Shown: piece by piece, positions 27,274 through 40,567 of the stretch | Numbering within the stretch: the stretch's first letter is position 1 | Layout of the letters: each line of letters opens with the position of its first letter | Assembly (NCBI RefSeq): GCF_006345805.1 | Contig: NC_043005.1 | Coordinates: forward strand, 41,664,001-41,728,000 | Length of the DNA stretch: 64,000 nt | Source: Octopus sinensis | Taxonomy: Eukaryota | Reading direction: 5' to 3' | Notes under the pieces: generated by a model | The model's input: only the letters and a program-made list of their open reading frames with translations | The model's database searches: none | What the model was told of the DNA's origin: nothing | Translations under genes and position numbers: made by a program

Positions 27274-27449
27274 ATATATATATAAACTTGCTTAGAGAAG
27301 AAGAAACGAAACGAAAGGAAACGAATTAAATCGAATCGACGCGAGGGCACTCAGTCATACAATAGTGTAATAAATAAAATATATGCATACACACATACAT
27401 ATATGTACGTACCTACATCTACATGTATATATACATGCATATATAAATA

Positions 27450-27640
27450 ATATATGTGAGTACAGGACACCACAAATAGACGTAGAACTCAACGAGAAAC
27501 GAAAACGTAAAAACAAGCATGGAACGGACCTTTTTTTTAACAACGAAAAAACAGAGTACAAGACAAACACACAAGGAAAAATCCCCTTCATCAGCTGTCC
27601 CTAGTTCAACTCCAACGTTGTCTATTTATTAGCGAAGTCT
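27450..27640. repeat. Short microsatellite-associated repeat (family F), likely PLE-terminus derived
   Basis: CAACGAGA... start and CCCTTCATCAG (CTGATGAAGGG on the minus strand) shared with 48290-48506; diverged relative at 35014-35200. Confidence 0.45.
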
Positions 27641-27666
27641 CATAAAATAATATTTTTGTTTTAATC

Positions 27667-27850
27667 CTTTCTACTATATGCACAAAGTATGGCATTTTCG
27701 GGCAGGGAACCAGTCGATTACATCGACCTCAGTGTATCACTAGTACTTAATTTATCGACCCCGAAAGGATGAAAGGTAGGGTTGACCTCGACGGAATTTG
27801 AACTCAGAACGTAGTGACAGACGAAATACTGTGAAGCAGCTCGCCACCTT
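27667..27850 (-). mobile_element. SINE family D
   Basis: GTCGATTACATCGACC...ATCGACCCCGAAAGGATGAAAGG...GAATTTGAACTCAGAACG. Confidence 0.85.
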
Positions 27851-27879
27851 GATTATAACGATAATAATAACATGTCATA

Positions 27880-28260
27880 AGTGTCTAGATACACCCAAAC
27901 TTCATCAGTAGTGTGATACACAAGACTTACTAACATCCTTAAGACTGTTACAACCAAACCCGGTCTGTTTCTCAAAGTGAAGAAAACCGAACACCTAACC
28001 ACAAATGAGGATGGGAGCCAAATTTGTTTCGACGATGACACACGACTAAAGGAGGTCAATGACATCTTGTACCTTGGATCCTAAGTTACTGGAAAACCTG
28101 AAGTGTCTATAACAAGCTTCAAGTCATCTAGCGAGGAAATATTTTGAAGTCAAAGAAGGCATGTGTACAGATATTTTCGTCTAGGGAACCGAAATCTGAA
28201 CGAGGAAAGAATTTGAATCGCTCGACTAAATGATATATAAACTAGGCTTCTCCAAACACG
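27880..28260 (+). mobile_element. RTE-like LINE ORF2 remnant
   Basis: GLFLKVKKTEHL...LKEVNDILYLGS resembles the post-YADD GLxxNxxKT...F/LxYLGS region. Confidence 0.55.
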
Positions 28261-29691
28261 GTGTGACTATAAGACAAAAGGGAAGGTCTACATAAACATT
28301 CCACCCATATTTACTATTTTTGCTCAATCCAGGGTGGACTTCTCTGGCCATCGCCTTCATATTGATCACCAGGTCATATCAGATATAATATTATGGAAAC
28401 TTTTACACTCTAATTGAGAACAAAGAACATATTGATGTCATTGGCAGAGGACACAAAGATTCCTGGCGCGGCGTGGGGAGACACATCTCGGATGGAACCG
28501 GTTGATGTAATAAATGCTGTTACATAATAGTGATAATGATGGCAAGTCAAGAAGGGTACCACTGCATGGTTACATGACTTGCTAGAAATAACAGCCAAAT
28601 CTATCTTAGGTAATGTTGTCCAAAATTCCTATAAAAAGCGGGAATCGTCACGACTGGATGCTTTAATCGTGAAGTTAAACAACAACAATATTGAAAAATT
28701 GAGATATTTGCAGCAACAACAGCGACACAAAGATTAGCAATATCATCCATCTATTAAAGAACATTAAAGAAAATTACAGTTTATTATGAATGGATAAGAT
28801 TTCAAAACAGCGTCTGATGGATCCATCCATTAATAAACAAGCGATGAAATTAAACAATCAGAGATGCATATTTGTAGTTACATATACATATAATAGCTCA
28901 AAGTTAATTACTGCATTTTGATATTCAGAAAACGTCTTCAAGTTGTAAAATGTATAGAGATTCTGTGTAAATAAGTACATTTACAAGAGAGTTAGAATTT
29001 TAAAAAAATTTATTTTCTCAATTATATCGTGAAATCGTGTATCATTATTAAATCCTGAAAGTGTCACCTTTGTCCAGTTTCTGAATTTCGTAAACAATCT
29101 ATTTGTAGTTTACTTACGATCAATAGTTTCGACAATTAAATTTATTGATAGTTAACCTAGAATTGAATGGCGAATATTTATTATATTCAAATGACAATAA
29201 GACCGTAGTTGATTTCATATATTCTTTATAACTGCATATTTCGTTTTAGCTGTTCAATCCTAGGTTAAGCATCAATAAATTAAATGTAATTGTTGAAGCA
29301 ATCTACTATGAGGAACATTAAAAATGAATGAGAAGAGATAGTAATTTTCAGTTTCGAATAACGGAAAAAAAGTGTTCTGATTAATTGATCTGAAACCAAA
29401 ATACACTGGCAATGCACAAATTCTTGTGAGGTAGGATGAGTACAATTTCAAAATAAGCAACGGCTATAAGTATAAAGACGTAAATATGGAAGTGGATATG
29501 GTTAAGAAATGAAGCAATGAATGTTATTTGGTGCGAACTAGATTTATATAACACTCGTTTTCAAAGTAAACAAAATACAAACATCATGTAAATATTCAAC
29601 AAATATGACTGCGCATATGCATCTGGTCGTAGAGTAGAATTGATTGTATTAGAAGTTGTAGTTGCCGCGTATATATAAACGTGTTTATATG

Positions 29692-29723
<32 letters not shown>

Positions 29724-29724
29724 C

Positions 29725-29783
<59 letters not shown>

Positions 29784-29859
29784 TGTGAATATATGTACGT
29801 ACACCAATGCATACACCCACATATATTCGTATGTATATATGTGTGCATTTGTGCCAAAT

Positions 29860-30038
29860 CTCTCCCAGGTGAACTTTGACTTTCATCGCTCTGGCTTGAT
29901 AAAACACAGTGTCACTCATGTACTGGGGGCAATATAATTGACTTGCTCCCCTCCCTCAGATTTCAGGTTTTGTACCTATATTAGTAAAAAAATTGTCCTT
30001 GTGTGTTTTGTGTTTGGCTGTTGTGGCCAATAAAGAAA
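29860..30038 (+). mobile_element. Decayed SINE family D variant with Tx1-like tail
   Basis: GGTGAACTTTGACTTTCATC core remnant; ends TTGTGGCCAATAAAGAAA. Confidence 0.55.
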
Positions 30039-31945
30039 ACATTTTTATTATCATTACTAATGTCCTAGCATACATGTGTTAATTTTCTGTATGTGACCGG
30101 ATGGCTTGTCTCGGCCAATTTCTCTGGTGGCTGACAATTAGTAACAAAAACGAGCATGTATTAATTACAATAAAGAGAATCATCATCAATCCAGATATAG
30201 CCATTTCTCTCTGTATTTTCTTTATCTTCTCATGATAAGCACAAATATGGTGATAAAGCAGTATCATAAGAAAGCATAGCAGCATTCCTAAGATCGTTCT
30301 GAATTTGATTTTAATATGCCAAACGTGAAATTCGAAAGTCATAGTTTTAAACTCTACAAATATCAGTGAGTGTTTCTTTCGGTTTCTTTTCTTTTTGGTT
30401 ATCTTGTATTTCGGATGGTGAACGACTACGATTAAATCCTTTTAATCCAAAGGAACTATCGAAATATTTATGAGAAAGAGCAGAAACAAAGTAAAAAATT
30501 TCAGCGTCGTCCTTTCCTATGACGTTTTTTAAATGACGTCAGCTTAATACCAGCAAGAAGATAATAAACCATCTTTATTATCGATAGTCATTCTTTTATT
30601 AAGAATCAGTGCGTCTAGGAATACTTTGGTAATCGGCAAGGCAGATGAAAGCAGTCATGTTTGTCCTTGGTGACGAGTGTACGAGGGTGAAGGGTCTTTA
30701 ATCTGACGTGAGTGAGGATGCATTTTAGTAGGAAGACACAGAAAGTTGTGCTATCTTTCTTTCTCCATCTTTCTCTACGTATACAATAAGGTGGAAAATT
30801 TTTTATTATCATAAAGCACTGCAGAATGGTAAATTGGCACACCGGTTAAAGAGTTGCATAAAATGCCATGTGGTATTTGTTCTGCCTCCTTACGGTCTGA
30901 GTTCAATTTCTACCAAGTTCAATTTTGCTTTTCATACTTCCGAAATTTATAATATATAATGTAGCACTTAAATACTGAGGCCATTTACTCAACTATTTTC
31001 CCCAAATTTCCATGTTACAAATTGTCATTATTATAAAGTACGAATGGCATGTTACTATATGGACTGGGTATTGGATATTCAATCAATTTGCCGTAGAAAA
31101 CCAATTATAAACTAGTTGAACTTACCCTTCCACTGACGAGAGTAGAACATAGACTACATTCTAAACAGTATTACTGTATTAGAGTAGGTGACTCGTGATC
31201 ACTATGTCGAAGTTTAAGTCCTTCAGGAAATTATCATATATAAAATGAGTCACTGGGGTGGGCGATTTTAATATTGTGACATCCCCTCCACTTTGAGAAT
31301 GATAAAAAATGTTGCGGATGATGAAAATGGTGATACCATTTAACAACGTATCAAAATATCTTGTGTGTGTGTGTGTGTGTGTGTGTAGTGTGTGATGGGA
31401 TAACCATAGGGACCTAGATGGATATTATCTAAATCTGCTAGAGAGAGAGGGGGGGAGAGAAAGTGGGAGAGAGAGAAGGAAAAAGAGGGAGAGGGAGAGG
31501 GGGAGAGAGAGATGGGAGAGAGGGAAGGAGGAAGAAGGAAAGAGAGAATATATACATGACACGCAACTAAAGTTGAGGACAGATGCAAATCCCATCCTCC
31601 ACTCCTATATCTAGTGTTGTGCCAGACTTGATAAGTCACTAACTACAAGGTATCTGGCCCTGCTTTATGATCGAAATACTGGTACTGCAACCATTATCTC
31701 TGCTGTTAGGATTGTGATTGTTATAGTTGTCGCTATTTAATATCATTGTCATAGGAGTGCCAACTTGTATATGAGTATTTACGAATACTGAAAAGGTGAG
31801 TTACCAAGATTATATAATATTTTAACAAGTAGTTATATAATCCTGGCAGTAATTTGTGGAATCGCATGTATGTTTTATAAAGCATTAAATACCATGTTTT
31901 CTGTAATTTTTTGCAAATCTACCTATCTATCTATCTATCTATCTG

Positions 31946-31994
<49 letters not shown>

Positions 31995-32031
31995 GTATCT
32001 ATCTATCTATCTATCTATCTATATCTATCTA

Positions 32032-32082
<51 letters not shown>

Positions 32083-32218
32083 TATATATATATAATTGTA
32101 ATTTTTTTTCGAAAAACATAGCGTCTAGCACCTCGGGTTCGAGGTGCTCGACAAGTATAATAGATGCAATAAAAAAAAGATTCAAATCAGGCAGGCTACG
32201 ATTAACACATACATATAC

Positions 32219-32291
<73 letters not shown>

Positions 32292-33079
32292 CAAATACAT
32301 ACACATTTACACACATGCACTCCACGACATACTCTCTATCAATCATATACAAACACGCTTGTACATTTCTTGAATTACTTGCTATTAAATGTGAATCGCT
32401 TTTTGACCAGCATTCTTCTATTGCCACAATTGTCTTGATTTCTTTCTTGCACCTTCATTATAAGTAAATATATGTATATAAGGAAGTATCTATCTATTAA
32501 ATTATTTTCCTATTTATGCTCATATTCATAACATAATGAGTAATTATATTACATACTTCCTTGATAAGCATCTTAAAAACAATCATGTATATATATTTTG
32601 AATAGACACATACTTTTCAAATACTTTTCATGTCCATAAGGAAATGCATAAAAAAATGTTTCTTTTTTTATCTTCGAAACTCAACAATTGTTGATATTTT
32701 AAAGATGAAATTCTGAAGTTGTAGATTATGAAAATAGTAAATGTGTCAGATATTGAACAATATCAATATTATGCTCGGTCTCGAACTCAGCATGCAGCCT
32801 TAAATGGATTCAAAGTTATAGAGTCGCCTTTATTATATGCCTAATATAATGGCTTGATAGACTACATCCTGCAGCGAAGCCTCTGATTTGAGGATTGGAT
32901 ATTTTGAGAAGTGCGGAGCCACATCTTAATTGCTGTTGTTCCCAGATTCACCTTGACTCGGGATGATAGAACCTGTTAGTATCCCAACTAAAGACAATGA
33001 CCATGGTGAATGACGGTCACTCATTGACATTGCTGGTGATTTTTTAAGAAATCGGCCACAATACTCACTTCAGCTCTAG

Positions 33080-33738
33080 AAGCCTATCCAATTACGAGGA
33101 ATTTTGCGTAACTTTGAGTCAAATGCATCACGAAAAAGTTGCAGGCCCAGACAAACTTCTTGCAGAGCTCCCACTACATGGTGGACTGTTCTTAAATACC
33201 TGCCTGCACACTTTGATCCTACGAATTTGGGAAGCCAAACAAGCCCCAGATGATCTTAAAGATGCACTATTTGTAGCAATATTTAAGAAATATTTAAGGA
33301 TCTCAACACATGTGGAAATAATTGTGGCATATCCTTTCTCTCTATCACTGGGAAGATTCGGGTCAAAATATTCCTGAACAGGTTAAAACATTTGCAGAGA
33401 ACATCCTGCTAGAATCTCAGTGTACTTTCCACTCTGTACGAGGAAAAACTGCTATGATCTTCCTACAAGAGAAGGCCAAAGAACAACAAAGACCTCTCGT
33501 TTAATATGACATTGAAAATGCCTGCAATAGAGCTGCAATATGAATTGCCCAGCAACGATTTGGTCATTAAGAACGATTCTCTGCAATGATTAGAGCAATG
33601 CATGATGACGTGAAGGCTAGTGTTATCCACGAAGCTAACAATCCAGAAGAATTCTCAATCACGTGTGGTCTGAAATGGCTGTGTCCTTGCACCTACACTT
33701 CTCACTTTACCCTACTGCCATGCTTCATGAAATTCTCC
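33080..33738 (+). mobile_element. RTE (BovB-like) LINE RT remnant
   Basis: KVAGPDKLLAEL...ILRIWEAKQAPDDLKDA...GISFLSITGKI...ENILLESQCTF...LQEKAKEQQRPL...GCVLAPTL with frameshifts. Confidence 0.8.
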
Positions 33739-34538
33739 AGAATAACCCAGGCGTAGGAATATACGTAGATATATACCGTTTATATATCATGAAAAGAAAG
33801 AAATGAGCTAAGGAGATGTCAGAAAAATCCGGTTTATTTTGGGATAGAGTGATTTTCACAGATGAATCCAGATTTGCATTATTTTTAGACAGTGAACGTG
33901 TTTGGGTCTGGAGGCTTCCCAATCAAGAATTTGATTTGAAACGACTCCAACCAACTATGAAACATGGCGGTATCTCTGTAATTGTATGGGGAGCTATTAC
34001 CAGCAATGGTCGTTCTGAGCTGATCGAATCTGTTGGAACCATAAACTCTGAATAATACATCGAAATACTTAAGCAAGGACTACTTCCGATGTATTGACAC
34101 GATAACATAACTAAAAATGAGTTTTTATTCATGGAAGATGGGGTTCCATGCCACACAGCGAAAAGGAATCAACAATGGCTGACTGAAAATGGGATCAAAA
34201 ACCTTCCTTGAACGAGCTAATCTCCTGACACGAACCTAATTGAAAATCTGTGGTGCATACTAGATAGAGCTATATGAAAAATTCGACAGAAACATAAATC
34301 TAAAGATGAATAGTTTCGATTGTTGCATGAAAAGTGGGCAGAAATTTCCCAAGAGACAATCACAAAGCTCATCAGTTCAATGCCAGAAAGCGTTTCTTAT
34401 TTAAAAACTGCAAAGGGAATGTCAACTAAATACTAAAGTATGTAGTCCTACCTATCGATTACATTTCAGCTGTTTGCTTTGTGTATTAAATAAAAGATGT
34501 TGAAAATTAAAGGTATCTATTTACTTCCTGCATGTTTG
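33739..34538 (+). mobile_element. 5'-truncated Tc1-family transposon
   Basis: [12 protein letters not shown]...[13 protein letters not shown]...FMEDGVPCH...SPDTNLIENLW; multiple stops; ends at TA. Confidence 0.85.
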
Positions 34539-34553
34539 TATATATATATATAT

Positions 34554-34818
34554 ATATTAATTATAATAAAGGGTTACTTGCAACAAGTTGCTCAAAACCA
34601 CATACCGAAAATATTAGAAATGGCAGCCAAATAGTAAAAAAGCCTGTGATTTCGTTATTTTCTTTCTCTTTGCCATATGCGGGTTGCAAATTCTGATTGT
34701 TTGTGGAGACTTTTTTACTAGTAGGAGAAATGGTGACCTATTTGGCTGTCATTTTTAATATTTTCGGTATGTGGTTTTGAGCAACCTGTTGCAATTAACC
34801 CTTTATTATAATTAATAT
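34554..34818. repeat. Inverted-repeat element with 81-bp arms (34554-34634 / 34738-34818)
   Basis: Arms complementary with a few mismatches; single-arm relative at 49686-49855. Confidence 0.75.
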
Positions 34819-34957
34819 AATCCTTACCAAATATGGTCTTTTCCATACCGATAAAACTACTAGGTGAAATTTATTAATTTTATTAAATTAATTATATTTC
34901 ACCCTTTTTGTATATATATATATATTATATATATATTATATATATATAATATATATA

Positions 34958-34992
<35 letters not shown>

Positions 34993-35013
34993 GTATGTAT
35001 GTATGTATGTATG

Positions 35014-35700
35014 TATGTAAAAACACAACGAGAGACAAGTGCGGGACAAAATACCGAAAGAAGTCTGACTCCTTAACTATCGACTGTTTATTACTACCTG
35101 CTCCGTGCTTTTAACGACAAGACAGGAAAACTTCATAAGACAGCAGCATCCAGAAATTTTTAAAATGTAAAATTTATGGAGAGTTAGGGCCTGGGGGAAA
35201 TTTTGAAAGGATAATAGAATAAGAAGAGAAGAAACAGAATAGAAAAAATAGAAGGAAAAAAATATATCGAGAGACGAGGGAAATGATGTCCCATCCAGAA
35301 AAGACAGAGACACGAGAAAAATGGCCCGTAGTCACGTGTGAGCAACAGGCAGAGGGGAAAGGGGACAAGAGAGGGGATGAGGGAAAGAAATAAGGAGAGT
35401 GAGGAGAAGGGAGAAGGAAAGAAAAAGAAAGAAAAATGAGGGACAGCAAAGTAGGATGCGGAGAAAATAAATATTGGGGTTTATAAGGGATAGACGGAAA
35501 GAAAGAAAGTAGGTAGAGAACAGAGTCACAGAAATTACATATAAATGTAAGAACTTACTGCTGACAAAGGGTGCGTGACATTCAATCATTAAATAAAAAT
35601 GAATAAGATACCCATTAAATACAGGACATGATCAATGAGCGCAAAATATGTAAACACACAACGAGAGACAAGTACAGGACAAAATACCAAAAGAAGTCTA
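35014..35700. repeat. About 54-bp direct repeats (35014-35068, 35648-35700) bracketing family F-like sequence
   Basis: ATGTAAA(A/C)ACACAACGAGAGACAAGT...GGACAAAATACC.AAAGAAGTCT at both positions. Confidence 0.7.
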
Positions 35701-35810
35701 ATATATATATATATATATATATGTATAAGGGTGGAAAGGAACACACGAGTTGATATATATGAAAAAACAAGTCAAAAATAGAAAATGCTAAGGTAATTTT
35801 ATAGTGAATC

Positions 35811-35854
35811 TTTCAGTACCGGTTTCGGTCATTTTGAGACCTTTTCAACTGTAA
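35811..35854 (-). ncRNA. Mirror copy of the hammerhead candidate on the minus strand
   Basis: Exact reverse complement of 36193-36236. Confidence 0.7.
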
Positions 35855-36192
35855 CGATTAAATAATTAAATTTAGAAAAATTAGAAGAAAAGTTTTTTTA
35901 AAAGAATATTTCTGTAGTAGTGTTCAGATATAAGTAGCATTCTGCCTTTCTCTGACTCCCTTGTTTGCACTTGTGTGTTCGAGGTCAGGTCGTTTTGAGT
36001 TCTTGGTAGGATAGATGAAGAATATTCTTCACCTATCCTACCAAGAACTCAAAACGACATGACCTCGAACACACAAGTGCAAACAAGGGAGTCAGAGAAA
36101 GGCAGAATGCTACTTATATCTGAACACTACTACAGAAATATTCTTTTAAAAAAACTTTTCTTCTAATTTTTCTAAATTTAATTATTTAATCG

Positions 36193-36236
36193 TTACAGTT
36201 GAAAAGGTCTCAAAATGACCGAAACCGGTACTGAAA
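36193..36236 (+). ncRNA. Minimal type-I hammerhead ribozyme candidate, U3-A8 variant
   Basis: TTACAG (stem I) - TTGAAAA core - GGTC/GACC stem II - GAA - ACCGGT palindromic stem III - A17 - CTGAAA (stem I); predicted cut after 36230. Confidence 0.7.
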
Positions 36237-36286
36237 GATTCACTATAAAATTACCTTAGCATTTTCTATTTTTGACTTGTTTTTTC

Positions 36287-36322
<36 letters not shown>

Positions 36323-36561
36323 GTATGTATATAGTGAGAGTTTACGAAAAAAACAAAAGACGAAGACAGGTGGTGTACAAAACAAACAGATGTATTAGTA
36401 TAACGCTCAGGAATAGAAAAAGTCTTACGTTTTGAGCCTACGCTCTCCAAAAGAAAGGGGCACAGAAAAAACAAGGAGAGAAAAATGTATATATATATAT
36501 ATGTTTATATATATGTATATAAAAATATATATATATATATAATATATATATATTATATATG

Positions 36562-36633
<72 letters not shown>

Positions 36634-36638
<5 letters not shown>

Positions 36639-38090
36639 GATCCCTCGCAGTCAACTATCGCCCAATCTCACTCACCTCCCACATCATTAAAGTGTTTTAA
36701 AGAGTGTTAAGATCAAGGATAGCTGACTTCCTGGAGACCCACAAACTTCTAAATTCGAATCAGCATGGCTTTCGCTGTGGCAGGGACTGTCTAACACAGT
36801 TCTTACACCACATTGAAGATGTACTCAAAGCCTTGGGAACAGGTTCGAACTCTGACGTCATATATCTTGACTTCAGTAAAGCGTTCGACAGGGTAGACCA
36901 TAATATCCTACTCTCAAAATTGGCAAATGTTGGAATCCGTGGAAAAGTTCTACACTGGATTAAATATTTCCTGGCGAATAGAACACATGTTGTAGTTGAT
37001 GGAGTCCACTCAAGCCCAGCAAAAGTTACCAGCGGTGTTCCCCAGGGGACTGTTTTGGGTCCGCTACTCTTCATAATTTACATAAACGACCTTTCCAGTG
37101 TCGTACATTACTGCAAATGAAAATATTTGCTGATGACACTAAGCTCCAGCAAATCGTCAATGAAGAAGCAGACCGAACTCAACTCCAGTCTGATCTATAT
37201 GCTGTGAGTCAATGGGCAGACAGAAACAAAATGCAACTGAATGAGGGAAAATTTGAGCTGATGCATTTTGGAAGAAATTCCTCACTAAAACAACCATACT
37301 CTCTTCCTTCAGGGGAACCGCTCACAGCCTCTAACAATATCAGAGACCTGGGTGTAATTGTTGATGACGATCTCAGTTGGAGTGCACACTTCAACAATAA
37401 GGTCGATATAGCTCGTAGGATGAGTTCCTGGATCTTAAGAACTTTCCGGTCCAGAGAACAAGGTGTCATCATACCACTTTTTTCCTCCCTTGTACGGCCA
37501 CACCTTGAATACTGCTGCCCACTGTAGTCTCCCCATACAAGACAAAACATCTCCAGAATTGAGTCACCCCAGAGAGCACTCACTAAACGAATTGAAGGCA
37601 TGGCTGCTCTCGATTATTGGGATCGCCTTAAAGCCTTGAAACGTTACTCCCTCCAGCGTCGCCGTGAGCGGTACATCATTTGTACGATGTGGAGAATATA
37701 CCGCCAACTTTGCCCAAACGACCTTAACATTAGCTTCAAGGTTCATCCAAGACTGGGACCACGGGCCATACGTCCCCTGCCCAATTCAAGATCACAACAT
37801 ACATGTACACTGCAACATAATTTCTTTTCCTCAGCAGGCCCTGCCCTATTTAACATTGTCCCGTGGGAGATCAAAGAGGAAAAGGATCCCATCAACTTTA
37901 AACGGAGTCTGGATAGATTCCTTCAAAGAATACCAGATAAGCCACCCATAATTGGATACAACTCACCCAACAAGAACTCACTACTTGAACAAAACTTGAC
38001 TTAAACAGGATTCGAATAATCCTATCAGGTGGTGCTATTAAGTTAGACATGGCCTGGACCAATCTTTGGTCGAAACATATCTAAGTTTTT
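36634..38090 (+). mobile_element. 5'-truncated CR1-clade LINE, family 2 (RT pseudogene)
   Basis: NYRPISLTSH, NQHGFR, VIYLDFSKAFDRVDH, GVPQGTVLGPLLF, IFADDTKL, LVRPHLEYC, YSLQRRRER; frameshift near 37117 and in-frame stops. Confidence 0.95.
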
Positions 38091-38115
38091 TTTTATCTAT
38101 ATATATATAATATAT

Positions 38116-38158
<43 letters not shown>

Positions 38159-39440
38159 TCATGTTTGATTTGTTTTTATATTCAATTATAATAAAAACCA
38201 TTTTACATTAATCTGATGGGTTACTCTATACTTAGAGTGCAAGTTTATTATTCTTAAACAAGAACATTGTCGACAGTGACTCCGAAGTTTCGGCCTGCTA
38301 AACATCATTGGACATATATGATATGTATATGTATATGTGTGCATGTGCGCGCGTGTGTATGAGCGTGGGTATGCGTGTGTCTACGTGCGTGTGTGTAGAA
38401 GTGTAAAAGTGTCACGATGGTGATTATTTCTATAGACAGGCATACTTTATATGTTTGTATACATGTATCTGTTTAACACTTTTCGTTTCCCACTGTCTTG
38501 TTCTTTTTTTTTCTTCTCTGCATATGTATGAACACATATTTATTCATGCATTCACATGCACACGTGCAAAGGGGTGTAAGTGCATTATCAGTAATGTATG
38601 CCATATCAGAATAGATATCTAAAAGAATCCACTTGCGCAGTAAAGTTTTTAGCGCATTATTATTTTAATGAATTCAAACAATAACTTAGAACATTTTGTC
38701 TAGTTACCTCTGCATGTATTTGCATCCCATTTGTCATGTGGCACAGAACCAATTTTTACATATAACACTGCAAATTGTTCGTGTCTAACTAATTTGCCTA
38801 TTTCCTGTTGCTCATTCCTTCGTATCTTATTAGTCAGCTTCACACATCCTTACGTTACTTGACTAAGACACTGGCCGCGTGCCACATCGTCCACACATTT
38901 CCTTGCATCTTAAGCAGCAACAAAATGATTGACAACGACATTAATACAGATGATTTTTCTTGGAGATGTCTTTATTTCATACTTGAATATCATTTTCTTC
39001 ACATCTCTTGGGAGGTGATAACTAGAAAACATTTTTATATTCATGCATAGACTTAAGTCAATGAAAATACAAGACGACAGCTCAGAATTCATTTTAGATG
39101 TTGATCCAGTATTTTTACAAAGTGATTCAGCCATTACTATCTCGCCTTTTCATATACAAGGATTAAATCGGCTTATGAATCCATATTTAAGACGGTAAGG
39201 CTAATTTGGTTGCTACTTCTACACCATATAACCGTTTAAATGTGTCCACATTGGTATTATCTAAAGTTTTCAAAGAAGCATTCTTACGACTTTATTTGAT
39301 CCAATAAATACATCATGATATGTCTGTTTATATTGTAACATGGATATTACATGAACTTTAACTGGCTATCAACATGAGTTACCCAGTATTTCAAACACCC
39401 AGGAAAAAAAACCCTGTATATTACACAAGAGTACGTGTAA

Positions 39441-39947
39441 TCTATATATATAAAACTGTAGTTGTGTGAGTGTCTGTCCCCTTCGATTTAGATTCCTAAC
39501 TACTCCCACATTTTGCGGTGCAGTTTAACCAAATTCGGGTATCTTATGTCGTGATTCATATCGAGCCCGTCTGGCTATTAGCGCGCGTCTACGATGAGTC
39601 TACGATTTTAAAAATAATTTAACATAATTTTTTATTCCATTTTAATGCATATTTTTTCGTGTGTCGATGGCGGCGGAGTTGGCGTCCACGCTCACACCTG
39701 TGTTGCTTCTCCCCCTTCTTCCGTCCCTCGTGAAGCTGTGGGGAAGGGAGTGTAAGGAAATCAACGTCGTAATGCGTTGTCAAGGAGACCAGCGTTCTTT
39801 TAGAACAACGACTTCATGGCTTGAAGACACCAAAACACAAATGGCTAAGAAAGCCCGAATTGGCATCTATAAGGGAAGTAACTCTCTAAAAATGCTTATA
39901 TAGTTATTTCCCATACAAACCCGAGCAACGCCGGGCAATACTGCTAG
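39441..39947 (+). mobile_element. Non-autonomous Helitron
   Basis: A|TCTATATAT 5' end; CCCGAGCAACGCCGGG hairpin 39920-39935; CTAG|T 3' end; no TSD. Confidence 0.8.
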
Positions 39948-40191
39948 TAGAATATAAACAATTATTTAAGGTATGAAACTATGGCAATGAAGTGTTATTG
40001 CATCATGAAATCAATCCCTGAAAAATTGTTATGCTCAGGATACGCACAACAACCACAGTAGCCACGAATCATCTTATAATCGCATGTGATATATAGAAGA
40101 GACGCAAAAAATGTATGATCAACACAGTTTCATTCATAAATTATGCTCTCTAGTTTTCAATAATCTGATTATATGTATGTATGTTTGTATG

Positions 40192-40241
<50 letters not shown>

Positions 40242-40387
40242 GTGAAATAGAAAGATGAATAATCTTGTAGTAGATTAATCAAAAGTTTAACCGATACCTT
40301 AGTAGCAAAAATCACAGCAGTAAACAGCACGGTTGGAGGTACAACCATCTGGCGTTGCAACCGTGCGTTGGTGCGGATAATTGAAAT

Positions 40388-40567
40388 TAAAACATTATTG
40401 GTGAATTGAAGAAATGGAGCTGAACGCAGATTGAACAGAAATCGTTTTATTTCATTCTACACGTGTTTCGAAAGGCACGTGTAGAATGCCTTTCGAAACA
40501 CGTGTAGAATGAAATAAAACGATTTCTGTTCAATCTGCGTTCAGCTCCATTTCTTCAATTCACCAAT

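Larger units (their letters stand above)
35761..36286. repeat. Near-perfect 526-bp palindrome (263-bp arms, no spacer) bounded by (TA)n
   Basis: Symmetry axis 36023/36024; only two mismatches found by eye (35988/36059, 36015/36032). Confidence 0.95.

Noticed and set aside
30079-30342. 87-codon hydrophobic ORF resembling transmembrane helices
   Set aside because: T-rich codons give hydrophobic translations by chance; no clear donor and no recognisable family.
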